From positions 1 through 64,000 of IMG/VR virus record IMGVR_UViG_3300032236_000718: a stretch of DNA of 64,000 nt; one strand, 5' to 3'. The position numbers and the translations under genes are program-made. The DNA is from a virus. The first letter of the stretch is position 1; each line of letters begins with the position of its first letter. Shown piece by piece: positions 36,652-46,054 of this stretch. The notes under the pieces were generated by a model. It saw only the letters and a list, made by a program, of their open reading frames with translations. It did not search any database and was not told where the DNA came from.

Positions 36652-37614
36652 ATGACAAATAAAATATGGGGTCAATCTTTTGGCTATCACTATACAGTAG
36701 AGGGATCTAACTGTGATGTAGATAGTCTTAAATCATTTGACAAAGCACAACAGTTTTTAACAGAACTGTTGTTAGTTTATTCTGCTTATCCGATCATGGC
36801 ATCAGGTTATCCAAATGTTTTTAAGTATGCTCCGGACTCTGATGCATTAGCTATACACCAAGCTTTAGTCACTGGCATGATTAGTATCTACACTAATCCA
36901 AGTGATGCTACAATCTATTTTGACATGATGGTTAATAGGTCATTTAATCCAGAACCTGTAATAGAGATGCTGGCCAAGTATTTTGGTATGAAAGTCTATA
37001 AGACTAATCATATGCGTCGTCAAGCAGATCTTAAACATATATTCACTGGTAAAAATGAAGATGATATCATAAATCATATCATCACTGGACCTAATGTGAC
37101 GTTTAATGATATATTTGCGAGAGCATTACCAGATGGTCTCGTACTTGAGTTTGGTGTTGCGGAGGGTAAGTCTATTAGAGAGATGGCTGCAGCGGCACCA
37201 GATAGAAAGATCTGGGGATTTGACTCATTCCAAGGATTGCCAGAAGACTGGAAAGAAGATGTTGGCAAGGGTGCTTTTGCTTGTGATCCACCAACAGACT
37301 TAGCTGACAATGTCGAGTTAGTCGTCGGTTGGTTTAATGAGACACTAGAGCAATGGGCTGCAAATAATCCAGGCCATTTGTCTGTCATTCATCTTGATGC
37401 AGACCTATACTCATCGACAGACTATGTGATGCGTACACTCGAGGACAGGTTCGTCGATGGTACAATCATCGTATTTGACGAGATACACGGGCATCCTGAC
37501 CATAAAGACCACGAGTATAAGAACTTCCTAGAGTTCCTAGATCGCACTGGCTTTAAGTGGGAATGCTTAGGGCAACGCACGGGCGAAGCAGCCGCCTTTA
37601 GGATCTATAAATAA
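36652..37614 (+). CDS. Fusion of a degenerate AdoMetDC-like domain and a TylF/MycF-like class I methyltransferase
   Basis: N-terminal ~125 aa aligns by eye to the downstream SpeD; C-terminal LEFGVAEG, GFDSFQGLPEDW, GWFNETL, IHLDADLYSS, IVFDE. Confidence 0.82.
   Translation: MTNKIWGQSFGYHYTVEGSNCDVDSLKSFDKAQQFLTELLLVYSAYPIMASGYPNVFKYAPDSDALAIHQALVTGMISIYTNPSDATIYFDMMVNRSFNPEPVIEMLAKYFGMKVYKTNHMRRQADLKHIFTGKNEDDIINHIITGPNVTFNDIFARALPDGLVLEFGVAEGKSIREMAAAAPDRKIWGFDSFQGLPEDWKEDVGKGAFACDPPTDLADNVELVVGWFNETLEQWAANNPGHLSVIHLDADLYSSTDYVMRTLEDRFVDGTIIVFDEIHGHPDHKDHEYKNFLEFLDRTGFKWECLGQRTGEAAAFRIYK
37606..37613 (+). promoter_or_regulatory. Late promoter TATAAATA upstream of speD-GT-hddA-gmhA
   Basis: Exact consensus overlapping the upstream stop codon. 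Confidence 0.7.
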
Positions 37615-37650
37615 AATCACCTTAAACAATGTACATAGGAGTACTGATAA

Positions 37651-38031
37651 ATGAGTGACTACTGGGGATATCACCTCGTTCTTGACGCATCAGGTTGTGA
37701 TGCAGCATCTATCGCATCTGCTGAGAATATCACAGCCTTTGCAAAGCAATTAGTTGTAGACATCGACATGGTTCCATATGGTGAGCCACAGGTTGTTAAC
37801 TTTGGTAGTGGTAACAAGCAAGGTTATACTCTCGTTCAACTCATTGAGACGTCAAATATCTGCGCACACTTTGTAGAAGAGAATAATACATTCTATCTCG
37901 ACGTGTTCTCGTGTAAGCCATACGATCCTGTAATCGTTATTGAGTTGACAAAGCAATACTTCAAGCACACTAACTATCGCACTGCGTTCCTTGAACGACA
38001 GGCACCACCTTCGGTAGAACCTACCAACTGA
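37651..38031 (+). CDS. speD: S-adenosylmethionine decarboxylase proenzyme (pyruvoyl-type)
   Basis: WGYHLVLD..GC, GYT.VQLIETSNICAHF, YLDVFSCK. Confidence 0.85.
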   Translation: MSDYWGYHLVLDASGCDAASIASAENITAFAKQLVVDIDMVPYGEPQVVNFGSGNKQGYTLVQLIETSNICAHFVEENNTFYLDVFSCKPYDPVIVIELTKQYFKHTNYRTAFLERQAPPSVEPTN

Positions 38032-38051
38032 TAAACACTTTTGAGGATGAT

Positions 38052-39059
38052 ATGACTGAACAATATAATGCTTTTGAAGAGAATGAAATTTCAAAGAACT
38101 CACAAGGCGGCACAGAGATCACTAAGCGATCAATTGCTGCCTTGGTTGATCCAGAGTTAGCCAGTAACTTCCAGGTTATTCCTGCACGAGTTCGTGAGCT
38201 ACAAGACGATAAGATCCGTGTATACTGGCTGCATGACTTGGCTGAAGATCCTGAGGCTAATCACTTACAGAATGCCAATAGCCGTGATCGCTTCCATAAG
38301 TTTGTGTTCTCGAGCAACTGGCAATACCAACAGTATGTCGATAAGCTTGGCTTTCCACAAACAGTAGATGCTATCGTACTTGAGACACCTATCGAACCAT
38401 TCGAGCGTGTAGAGAAGAGCAAGGATGAAGTGCGTCTTATCTATTTCTCAACACCACACCGTGGATTAGAGTTGTTAGTTCCTGTGTTTGAGGAACTCGC
38501 AAAGCATCACGATAACATTCATCTCGATGTTTTCTCTAGCTATAAGATCTATGGTTGGGAAGATGCAGATGAGAAGTACGAGGCACTATTCGATCGTATC
38601 CGCAATCATCCAAAGATGACTTATCATGGATTCCAGCCTAATGACGTATTGCGTGATGCTGTCAGCAAGGCACACGTCTTAGCATATCCATCTATTTGGG
38701 CTGAGACGAGCTGCCGCGTATTGATGGAGTCGATGAGTGCCGGTCTGTTGTGTGTGCATCCTAACTTCGGTGCATTGGCTGACACGTCTGGTGGACTGAC
38801 ATCAATGTATCCATATGACACTAATCCAAATACTCACGCCAATATCTTCTACGCACATCTCAATGAGGCAGTCAACATTGTCAACACTGAGAATGCGCAG
38901 AACTATCTTGGCTTTGTTAAGTCATACGCTGATGCACGATTCAATATTCAAAAGGTATCTAGCCAATGGAATGCAATGATGCAGGGTCTATTGAAGCAAT
39001 ACCCAGACGCAGAGTCTAGAGCATTGAAGAAGAAAGAGATGTTTAGGTATAAAGTCTAA
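38052..39059 (+). CDS. GT-B glycosyltransferase (GT4-like)
   Basis: GGTE, WLHD, FSSNWQ, STPHRGL, YPSIWAETSC..MESMSAG. Confidence 0.88.
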   Translation: MTEQYNAFEENEISKNSQGGTEITKRSIAALVDPELASNFQVIPARVRELQDDKIRVYWLHDLAEDPEANHLQNANSRDRFHKFVFSSNWQYQQYVDKLGFPQTVDAIVLETPIEPFERVEKSKDEVRLIYFSTPHRGLELLVPVFEELAKHHDNIHLDVFSSYKIYGWEDADEKYEALFDRIRNHPKMTYHGFQPNDVLRDAVSKAHVLAYPSIWAETSCRVLMESMSAGLLCVHPNFGALADTSGGLTSMYPYDTNPNTHANIFYAHLNEAVNIVNTENAQNYLGFVKSYADARFNIQKVSSQWNAMMQGLLKQYPDAESRALKKKEMFRYKV

Positions 39060-40051
39060 TGATTGTTACAAAGACTCCGTTAAGGATATCTTTCTTTGGA
39101 GGTGGAAGTGACATACCGCAGTACTACAACAAGTATCCGGGTATGGTCATCTCCACCTCTATTGATAAGAACATATACATCGCAGCCAATAAATGTCAGG
39201 CTAATCACTTCAAGATCATCTACTCACAGCTCGAGCTGACTAATCATAGGGTAGATATCAAGCATGATCGCATCAAGGCAATCATGGAATACTTTAATGT
39301 GTATGGCAATGTAGAGCTATGCAGCTTCTCTGATATTGACACAAGAGGTAGCGGACTCGGATCATCATCTACGTTTACTGTTGGTAGCCTACATGCTATG
39401 TTCGAGATGCTTGGCAAGAAGACTAATCGTCTTGAGTTAGCTGAGCTCGCGTCACATATCGAGATTAATATGTGCGGTGAGCCGATTGGTAAGCAGGACC
39501 AATATGCTGCAGCGTTTGGTGGTTTTAATGTGATTAGGTTCAACTCATCAGGAGTTGAGGTGAGACCTGTCTTTATTAAGCCATCTGTTGTTGAGGAGCT
39601 AAACGATAACTTATTGTGCTTCAACACTGGTGTCACAAGAGCAGCGTCTTCTGTGCTGAAAGAGCAGGTCAAGGGACTAGAGGGTGGCATTACGCAGAAC
39701 ACAACAATCAATCAGACATCCAGTCTTGTAGATATAGCTGAGGTAGCACTCAAGTATATAGAGAATGGACACTTAGATGACTTTGGTGCACTACTCGATA
39801 CATCATGGCGCATCAAGAAGAAGTTGGCTAAAAGCATATCAAATCCTATCATAGATATAATGTATGAGCAGGGAATGAGCTGCGGTGCACTAGGTGGCAA
39901 GCTGCTCGGTGCAGGAGGCGGTGGCTACATGCTGTTCTATATACCGAAGAGTAAACAGGCACAACTCAGAGAGACTATGGCTGAAGAGGGATATAAACAG
40001 ATGGACTTTAAGTTTACAGACAAGGGATCGACAGTGGAGCTATCAATATGA
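39059..40051 (+). CDS. hddA: GHMP kinase, D-glycero-alpha-D-manno-heptose-7-phosphate kinase-like
   Basis: PLRISFFGGGSD, GSGLGSSS, GKQDQYAAAFGG, GGKLLGAGGGG. Confidence 0.9.
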   Translation: MIVTKTPLRISFFGGGSDIPQYYNKYPGMVISTSIDKNIYIAANKCQANHFKIIYSQLELTNHRVDIKHDRIKAIMEYFNVYGNVELCSFSDIDTRGSGLGSSSTFTVGSLHAMFEMLGKKTNRLELAELASHIEINMCGEPIGKQDQYAAAFGGFNVIRFNSSGVEVRPVFIKPSVVEELNDNLLCFNTGVTRAASSVLKEQVKGLEGGITQNTTINQTSSLVDIAEVALKYIENGHLDDFGALLDTSWRIKKKLAKSISNPIIDIMYEQGMSCGALGGKLLGAGGGGYMLFYIPKSKQAQLRETMAEEGYKQMDFKFTDKGSTVELSI

Positions 40052-40638
40052 TTTTAAGCAAATACATTCACTATCTTAATCAAGCATTAGACACTATCGA
40101 CCAAGGCGATCATGCCGGTATGGTCTTTCATCTAACACACGCTGCTCGCACAAATAAGCCAGTCTATGTGTTTGGTAACGGAGGATCAGCTTCGACAGCA
40201 GACCACTTCGCGTGTGACCACTCAAAGGGTGTTTTAACAGACACAGACTTTATTCCTAATGTTATCAGCTTGAGCTCGAACATGGCATTGTTCTCCGCTC
40301 TAGCTAATGATATCGGTTATGACAGTGTGTTTAGTCACCAGCTCAGACACTTTCCTCGTGATAATGGAATAGCCATCGGTATATCAGCCAGCGGCAACTC
40401 ACAGAACGTACTTAATGGATTAAATCAGGCAAGAGAGATGGGATTCACAACCATTGGTTTGGTTGGATTTGATGGCGGTAAGATGAAGAGCGATAAAATA
40501 TGTGATATGCTAATCCATGTTAAGTCGACAAACTATGGGATTGTTGAGGACTGCCACTCGATCATCATGCATACCACATCTCAGGAGATACGTACAAGCA
40601 ATCTTAAGGGTGACCCTGACCATATCCCCAAACTATAA
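40048..40638 (+). CDS. gmhA: Phosphoheptose isomerase (SIS domain)
   Basis: GNGGSAS.ADH, ANDIGYDSVF, ISASGNS.N, GFDGG, VEDCH. Confidence 0.9.
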   Translation: MILSKYIHYLNQALDTIDQGDHAGMVFHLTHAARTNKPVYVFGNGGSASTADHFACDHSKGVLTDTDFIPNVISLSSNMALFSALANDIGYDSVFSHQLRHFPRDNGIAIGISASGNSQNVLNGLNQAREMGFTTIGLVGFDGGKMKSDKICDMLIHVKSTNYGIVEDCHSIIMHTTSQEIRTSNLKGDPDHIPKL

Positions 40639-40674
40639 ATAACTGTGTACATTATTGCAGACTTGATTTAATAT
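40634..40674 (+). promoter_or_regulatory. Tandem late (TATAAATA) and early (TGTACA-N17-TAATAT) promoters
   Basis: Both motifs present. Confidence 0.75.
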
Positions 40675-40683
40675 AGGAATATT

Positions 40684-41082
40684 ATGGATAACATCATTAA
40701 GTTCCCTAACAAAAAGACACCATATACCGGTGAGCCAAAGTCCATTCAGGACGTGGAAAACATGGTCGATGAGTTAAAGATGCACCATGTCTATGAGACT
40801 TTACAGGTTTTATTGCCTATGTTGTTTACTAGACTAGACGCTGCAGGCTTTGACTTCGGTGTTGAGGAGGGAGAAGAGGATCCATTCATCAAGGACGGCG
40901 CGTTCGCTGTCGAGGCAATACGTGCCATGCTGTGTAAGTATCACGGCTTATATCACCCATTCTCAGACATCGCAGAGCATATATTTGTACCAGACGATGA
41001 GGATGAGTACGGCACATTAAAGATCGTTGAGGCGATAACAGTTAAGTTTAAAGACACCAACGCAGAGGAAGGAAACGGCTAA
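40684..41082 (+). CDS. Hypothetical protein
   Basis: MDNIIKFP start. Confidence 0.75.
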   Translation: MDNIIKFPNKKTPYTGEPKSIQDVENMVDELKMHHVYETLQVLLPMLFTRLDAAGFDFGVEEGEEDPFIKDGAFAVEAIRAMLCKYHGLYHPFSDIAEHIFVPDDEDEYGTLKIVEAITVKFKDTNAEEGNG

Positions 41083-41094
41083 GGCCGATATATC

Positions 41095-41940
41095 ATGATT
41101 ATAGTTGACCTATCACAGGTAATGCTATCCAACCTAATGATGCAGTTAGGCAATCACACTAACGCACAGGTTGAGGAGAATATGGTTCGGCACATGGTGT
41201 TGAACTCTCTTAGATCATATCGCAGTAAGTTTGCCGATGAGTACGGCGAGTTAGTCATCGCGTGTGACAACAAGAACTACTGGCGCAAGCAGACATTCCC
41301 ATACTATAAGGCTAATCGCAAGAAGAATATCGAGAAGTCAGAGCTTGACTGGGCTAGCATCTTCGACTGCATGAATAAGATTCGTGCTGAGTTGAAGGAG
41401 TTTTTCCCATACAAGGTGATCGATATCGAGACGTGCGAGGCAGACGACATCATAGCTACGCTGGTCGGTACTAGCGTGGACGATGACGTGTTGATCCTAT
41501 CAGGTGACAAGGACTTCATTCAGCTACAGAAGTTTGATAACGTCAAGCAGTATGATCCTGTGCGTAAGAAGTGGATCACTCATGACAATCCAGCACGCTA
41601 TCTCGACGAGCATATCTTGAAGGGTGATAGCGGTGACGGTATTCCTAACGTGTTGTCGCCCGACGACGTGTTTGTGACAGGTGGCAGACAGAAGCCGCTG
41701 ACTCAGAAGAAGATCGACGCGTTCATTGAGTTGAGCATAGAGACCAAGTTCGACCATCCACAGTGGCGTAACTACTGGCGTAACAAGACTTTGATCGATC
41801 TTACTATGATTCCTAAAGAAGTACAGGAGAAGATCTTGGCTGAATACAATGGTCAGGAAGTAAAGACCAGAGACAAGTTGTTTGATTATTTTAATGCTCA
41901 CAGGTTAAAGCACCTAGTAGAGCACATTCAGGAGTATTAA
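41095..41940 (+). CDS. rnh: T4-type RNase H / 5'-3' exonuclease
   Basis: YWRK..PYYKANR, EADDII, SGDKDFIQL, GDSGDGIPN. Confidence 0.95.
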   Translation: MIIVDLSQVMLSNLMMQLGNHTNAQVEENMVRHMVLNSLRSYRSKFADEYGELVIACDNKNYWRKQTFPYYKANRKKNIEKSELDWASIFDCMNKIRAELKEFFPYKVIDIETCEADDIIATLVGTSVDDDVLILSGDKDFIQLQKFDNVKQYDPVRKKWITHDNPARYLDEHILKGDSGDGIPNVLSPDDVFVTGGRQKPLTQKKIDAFIELSIETKFDHPQWRNYWRNKTLIDLTMIPKEVQEKILAEYNGQEVKTRDKLFDYFNAHRLKHLVEHIQEY

Positions 41941-41941
41941 T

Positions 41942-42406
41942 ATGGGTATGGTTATAGGTGTGGCTGAGTTCCTCGAGAAGGTCTCTAAGCTAAAGTCACG
42001 TAAAGAGAAGGTCGAGGCACTAAAGGCTAATGACTTCTTCTCACTAAAGACGGTATTACAGGGTGCATTCCATCCTAATCTCGAGTGGTTATTGCCGCCG
42101 GGGCAACCACCATTCAAGCCTAACGAGCTGCAAGACCAAGAGAACATGCTTCACAAAGAGGCGCGTAGACTCGTGTATTTTGTGAAGAACGGTCAGCCTG
42201 TAAGGTCACAGACACAGCGCGAGGCTATGTTCATCGAGTTGCTTGAGGCAGTCACACCAGCCGACGCTCTGTTGCTGTGTGCCATCAAGGAGAAGAAATT
42301 GCCGTACAAGGGGATCACGGCAGACATCGTAGCAGAAGCATTCCCTGGTCTATTAGGAGAGGAGCCAAAAAAGTCAGATGGGCAAGTCGAAGCACAGCAA
42401 GCATAA
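41942..42406 (+). CDS. Conserved T4-like hypothetical protein
   Basis: LPPGQPPF..REAMFIELLE..DA.LL..K.K.L.YKGIT..AFP. Confidence 0.8.
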   Translation: MGMVIGVAEFLEKVSKLKSRKEKVEALKANDFFSLKTVLQGAFHPNLEWLLPPGQPPFKPNELQDQENMLHKEARRLVYFVKNGQPVRSQTQREAMFIELLEAVTPADALLLCAIKEKKLPYKGITADIVAEAFPGLLGEEPKKSDGQVEAQQA

Positions 42407-42647
42407 CGACCGCTATGCGGACCGTGAGTATATGGACGGTTACGGCGTTACGAAGAGCAATAAGGAAAGTCGCAAAGAGAAGCGCGTAGAGTATCTACTA
42501 CGAACTAAGAATATCGACAACCTTATAGAGGAAGAGGATCAAGGACTTGACCCGATGGACTATGACTATCTCGAGGAGCTAGAGCTTCTCGACCTATTAG
42601 ATGAGAAAGGCTTGAGGCATGCCCACCTACAACTTGATGAACACTAA
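42378..42647 (+). CDS. Hypothetical protein
   Basis: AGGAGGAG upstream; overlapping chain of genes. Confidence 0.65.
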   Translation: MGKSKHSKHNDRYADREYMDGYGVTKSNKESRKEKRVEYLLRTKNIDNLIEEEDQGLDPMDYDYLEELELLDLLDEKGLRHAHLQLDEH

Positions 42648-42855
42648 GACAAATGAGGAGTTTGAGATGTTCATGAGCTACTCAGAGTTAGAGAAGTATT
42701 TGGCAGAGAACCCACAGGTTCAGCAGCAGGTCTCTGCACCAGCAATTGTGTCAGGCATAGCGACCAAGCCTGACGCAGGATTTCGTGATGTACTTAAGAG
42801 GATCAAGAGAGAGAACTCTCGCGGCTTTAAGAGGAGCACTGTGAATACCTTTTAA
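42619..42855 (+). CDS. FmdB-like small protein (no Cys)
   Basis: MPTY..T.EEFE.FMS.SE...YL.ENP..KPD.GF.DVL. Confidence 0.7.
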   Translation: MPTYNLMNTKTNEEFEMFMSYSELEKYLAENPQVQQQVSAPAIVSGIATKPDAGFRDVLKRIKRENSRGFKRSTVNTF

Positions 42856-42879
42856 CACTAACCAATAAGAAGAATACCT

Positions 42880-43626
42880 ATGGAAACAACCGAGCGTCTA
42901 ACGAGAAAACAAAGAAGAATAGCAAGACAGCAGGGAATTAAGCCGGAAGAGAACATAGTCAAGTTAAATTTTAGGCTCAAGTATATCGAGCCGATGACTA
43001 AGAACCAGCAGCGTGCGTTCGAGGCATACGAGGACGGTAAGAACATGATGCTACATGGTATAGCAGGGACAGGTAAGTCCTTCATATCATGCTATATGGC
43101 GATGAGAGAGATCATCGACGGTTCTGACAGGTTTAAGAAGTTGGTTATTGTTAGGTCGGTCGTGCCGACTAGAGATATGGGATTCCTACCAGGTAATAAC
43201 AAGGAGAAGACCAAGGTATACGAGGCACCGTATCAGTCTATATTCACAGAGTTGTTTGGAAGGGCAGATGCTTATGAGTATCTTAAGCAAAAGGGATTTG
43301 TCGACTTTATATCTACCTCATTTATTAGGGGTGTTACTCTTAACGACTGTATCGTGGTTGTGGATGAGATTGCTAACCTTACTATTCATGAGCTTGACTC
43401 AGTTATAACCAGAGTCGGCAAGAACTGTAAGATCTTATTCTGCGGTGACTTCAGGCAGTCAGACTTCACTAGGTATGCCGACCGAGAGGGACTAAAGGAC
43501 TTCATGAAGATCATCAATAAGATGAAGAGCTTCGAGTTCGTGGAGTTCGACGAGAACGACATCGTTCGATCCAGCATGGTCAAGGAGTATATTATAGCCA
43601 AGGATCGGTTGGGGATCATGGCCTAA
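42880..43626 (+). CDS. phoH: PhoH-family ATPase
   Basis: GIAGTGKS, RDMGFLPG, FIRGVT, VDE, TRVG, GDFRQSD, DIVRS. Confidence 0.95.
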   Translation: METTERLTRKQRRIARQQGIKPEENIVKLNFRLKYIEPMTKNQQRAFEAYEDGKNMMLHGIAGTGKSFISCYMAMREIIDGSDRFKKLVIVRSVVPTRDMGFLPGNNKEKTKVYEAPYQSIFTELFGRADAYEYLKQKGFVDFISTSFIRGVTLNDCIVVVDEIANLTIHELDSVITRVGKNCKILFCGDFRQSDFTRYADREGLKDFMKIINKMKSFEFVEFDENDIVRSSMVKEYIIAKDRLGIMA

Positions 43627-43634
43627 AATAGTTG

Positions 43635-43663
43635 TGTACATTAATTTTATTATGTGATAGGAT
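43635..43663 (+). promoter_or_regulatory. Early promoter TGTACA-N17-TAGGAT
   Basis: AAAATAGTTG-TGTACA motif. Confidence 0.75.
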
Positions 43664-43669
43664 TATAGA

Positions 43670-44320
43670 ATGAGAAGAGTATTCGAGCACGAGCCGCTGT
43701 CAGCGATGTCGGTCACCAGAGTGACACTGCACGACAAGCGGTACTACGAGTGTCCGACCGGCACCTATCAGTCGGTCACCACCATCATCGGCGACCATAT
43801 GGGCAAGGAGCATCTCGACGCGTGGAGGGCTCGTGTCGGTGAGGAGCAGGCTAGCAAGATCACGACTCAGGCAGCTAATAGAGGGACTGCGGTTCACGAG
43901 TTGTGCGAGAACTACCTGAACAACCATGAGGATTTCGCTCGCAGGGCAATGCCGTCAAATATACTGACTTTCAATGGTATTCGACCAGTTCTTGACCAGC
44001 ATATAGGCAAGATATATGGTATAGAGCACATGCTATACTCACCGACGCTTAAGGCAGCAGGAACCTCTGACCTGATAGCAGAGTATGACGGCGTCAACTC
44101 GATCATCGACTTCAAGACATCTCTTAAGCCAAAACGTGAAGAGTGGATCACTAATTACTTTCTTCAGTCGACCGTGTATGCTATGATGGTGGAGGAGATG
44201 TATGGTATACCTGTCCCCCAGTTTGTGATTATTATAGCCGTTGACCATGAGGAACCACAGGTATTCGTGAAGCAGAAAGACCAGTTTGTGGACACAGTGA
44301 AGGATATATTCATTCGATGA
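43670..44320 (+). CDS. PD-(D/E)xK exonuclease (ExoA-type)
   Basis: SVTT, RGTAVH, AGTSD, IIDFKTS, YFLQ..YA. Confidence 0.9.
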   Translation: MRRVFEHEPLSAMSVTRVTLHDKRYYECPTGTYQSVTTIIGDHMGKEHLDAWRARVGEEQASKITTQAANRGTAVHELCENYLNNHEDFARRAMPSNILTFNGIRPVLDQHIGKIYGIEHMLYSPTLKAAGTSDLIAEYDGVNSIIDFKTSLKPKREEWITNYFLQSTVYAMMVEEMYGIPVPQFVIIIAVDHEEPQVFVKQKDQFVDTVKDIFIR

Positions 44321-44634
44321 CAAAGACTCATAAGATCTTAGAGTTGAAGGACGCACCGAAGGACTCGGTGAAGTTAGCCGACCTGTTGTTTAAGGCGGCT
44401 TACGAGTATTTCTGTGCCTGTATACCAGAGCAGCCGCACGACTATATACTGAAGGTTGCTCAGGACTCGGCTAACGACAAGATCAAGAATGCTATAGAGA
44501 ACTTTAAGACATATGACTGGCCGGTGTTCGAGAGTCTAGTCAATGAGATCAACACGTACCGTAAGCTGGCATCGATGAACGACACGGCTCACATGACTTA
44601 CGTCAATCCAAACAAGACGCGCTGGTCACATTAG
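44317..44634 (+). CDS. Hypothetical protein
   Basis: ATGA overlap. Confidence 0.7.
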   Translation: MTKTHKILELKDAPKDSVKLADLLFKAAYEYFCACIPEQPHDYILKVAQDSANDKIKNAIENFKTYDWPVFESLVNEINTYRKLASMNDTAHMTYVNPNKTRWSH

Positions 44635-44672
44635 TATTGTACAAAATCTATACATCGTGTTAGAGTTATACT

Positions 44673-44921
44673 ATGAGAACATATGACATAACTAGAGTAT
44701 CATACGACACAAAGTTAGGCTACGCGTGGCAGTTGACCTTGCGCGAGGGGACTAATACTAGGACACAGTACCTGTATACTTACGAGAAGGCAGAGGCTGA
44801 AGGTAAAGCGTTTAGTCAGTTTAAGTATTACTATACTCACGACATGTTTAAGCTGACAGACGAGGAGCGAATACTTAAGGAACGGCATCAACAGAGAATA
44901 GCAGCTGGCGTCTACAATTAG
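44673..44921 (+). CDS. Hypothetical protein
   Basis: Follows early promoter TGTACA(44638)-N17-TAGAGT. Confidence 0.7.
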   Translation: MRTYDITRVSYDTKLGYAWQLTLREGTNTRTQYLYTYEKAEAEGKAFSQFKYYYTHDMFKLTDEERILKERHQQRIAAGVYN

Positions 44922-44948
44922 GTCCACTTCTGGACCTAATTTTTTTTT
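44917..44948 (+). terminator. Terminator of the AGGTCCA/TGGACCT repeat family
   Basis: ATTAGGTCCA-CTTC-TGGACCTAAT plus T-run. Confidence 0.8.
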
Positions 44949-45017
44949 GCACACCAGCGCATTTTTTTATGTACATTATCCCATTCTTATCGTACTGTAA
45001 GAATATAAGCTAACCAA

Positions 45018-45233
45018 ATGGATGAACGAATGTACGACTTAGAGCACGTCCTCTCCCTCACGAGATCTATACTCTCCAACGACAAGCACCAGCAGCTCAA
45101 CGCTGTGTTGGTAGCCAATATCGTAGACAAGAGTCACTGCGGTGACGGTTACTTCTCGTGGGACGGCATACTAGACGACCTGTCAGAGATACTCGGCTAC
45201 GATCGTGCAGCCGAGATACTAGCCAACTCCTAA
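45018..45233 (+). CDS. Hypothetical early protein
   Basis: After cassette 1. Confidence 0.7.
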   Translation: MDERMYDLEHVLSLTRSILSNDKHQQLNAVLVANIVDKSHCGDGYFSWDGILDDLSEILGYDRAAEILANS

Positions 45234-45244
45234 TAGGATCACGC

Positions 45245-45616
45245 ATGATAACACTACCAGCAGGCCGATACCTGATCGGCGACCTATGCTATCGCGACGA
45301 GTACGTGTGGGACCAGATGATCTCCACTAAGGGAATGAGTGGCACAGTACACATCCCATACGAGGGAACAGACCACTCCTTCGTCATTCTCAACACAAAA
45401 TACGGTGACGGTGCCTACGAGGACAACAACCAAAATGTCTATTATGTAGACAGCGGAACGATCGGTATCATGAGTTGGGATGAAGGCACAGGGTATAACT
45501 CACCTATGGCCAGAGTCTTCGAGTTTACAGAAAGCTTTCAGGTATACAATGACAAGGGAAAGCTGCACTTCGGCAATATCGTCATCGACACGGATCCAGC
45601 TCTAGTGCAGTCTTAA
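45245..45616 (+). CDS. Hypothetical early protein
   Basis: LPAGRYLIGDLCY..TKYGDGAY..VDSGTIG. Confidence 0.8.
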   Translation: MITLPAGRYLIGDLCYRDEYVWDQMISTKGMSGTVHIPYEGTDHSFVILNTKYGDGAYEDNNQNVYYVDSGTIGIMSWDEGTGYNSPMARVFEFTESFQVYNDKGKLHFGNIVIDTDPALVQS

Positions 45617-45825
45617 CCAAAATAGGTCCATATTAGGACCTAATTAAAACCGCATTAAATTAAACAAACGCGAGGTAAGGCTTCGCAAAAGCGTCCACAA
45701 TGGACCTAACCGCCCCTAGCGGTGCGTAAAAAAGTTCGTGTCAGGCGCATCTTTTTGTGTACATAAGCCACAAATCATCGTACTGTAAGAATATAAGCTA
45801 AAGCAAACACACACGGAGACACACG

Positions 45826-46053
45826 ATGAGCAATACATTCTCGGTAGCCTTAACCTTTAAGATCTCTGACTACACGCAGAGCATGCTGGACAACCTCGAC
45901 GGCTATGAGGACTACGCGGTCGAGGAGATCTCTCAGCTGTTCCAAGATCTATTAGAGCGTGAGCTGAAGCGTCAAGGCAGGACTCCTGAGCGGTTCATTC
46001 AAGATATCTGCATCAAGACGGCAGACACGATGAACGAGCTGATCGGAGAGTAA
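45826..46053 (+). CDS. Hypothetical early protein
   Basis: ACACACAC-GGAGAC RBS. Confidence 0.75.
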   Translation: MSNTFSVALTFKISDYTQSMLDNLDGYEDYAVEEISQLFQDLLERELKRQGRTPERFIQDICIKTADTMNELIGE

Positions 46054-46054
46054 G

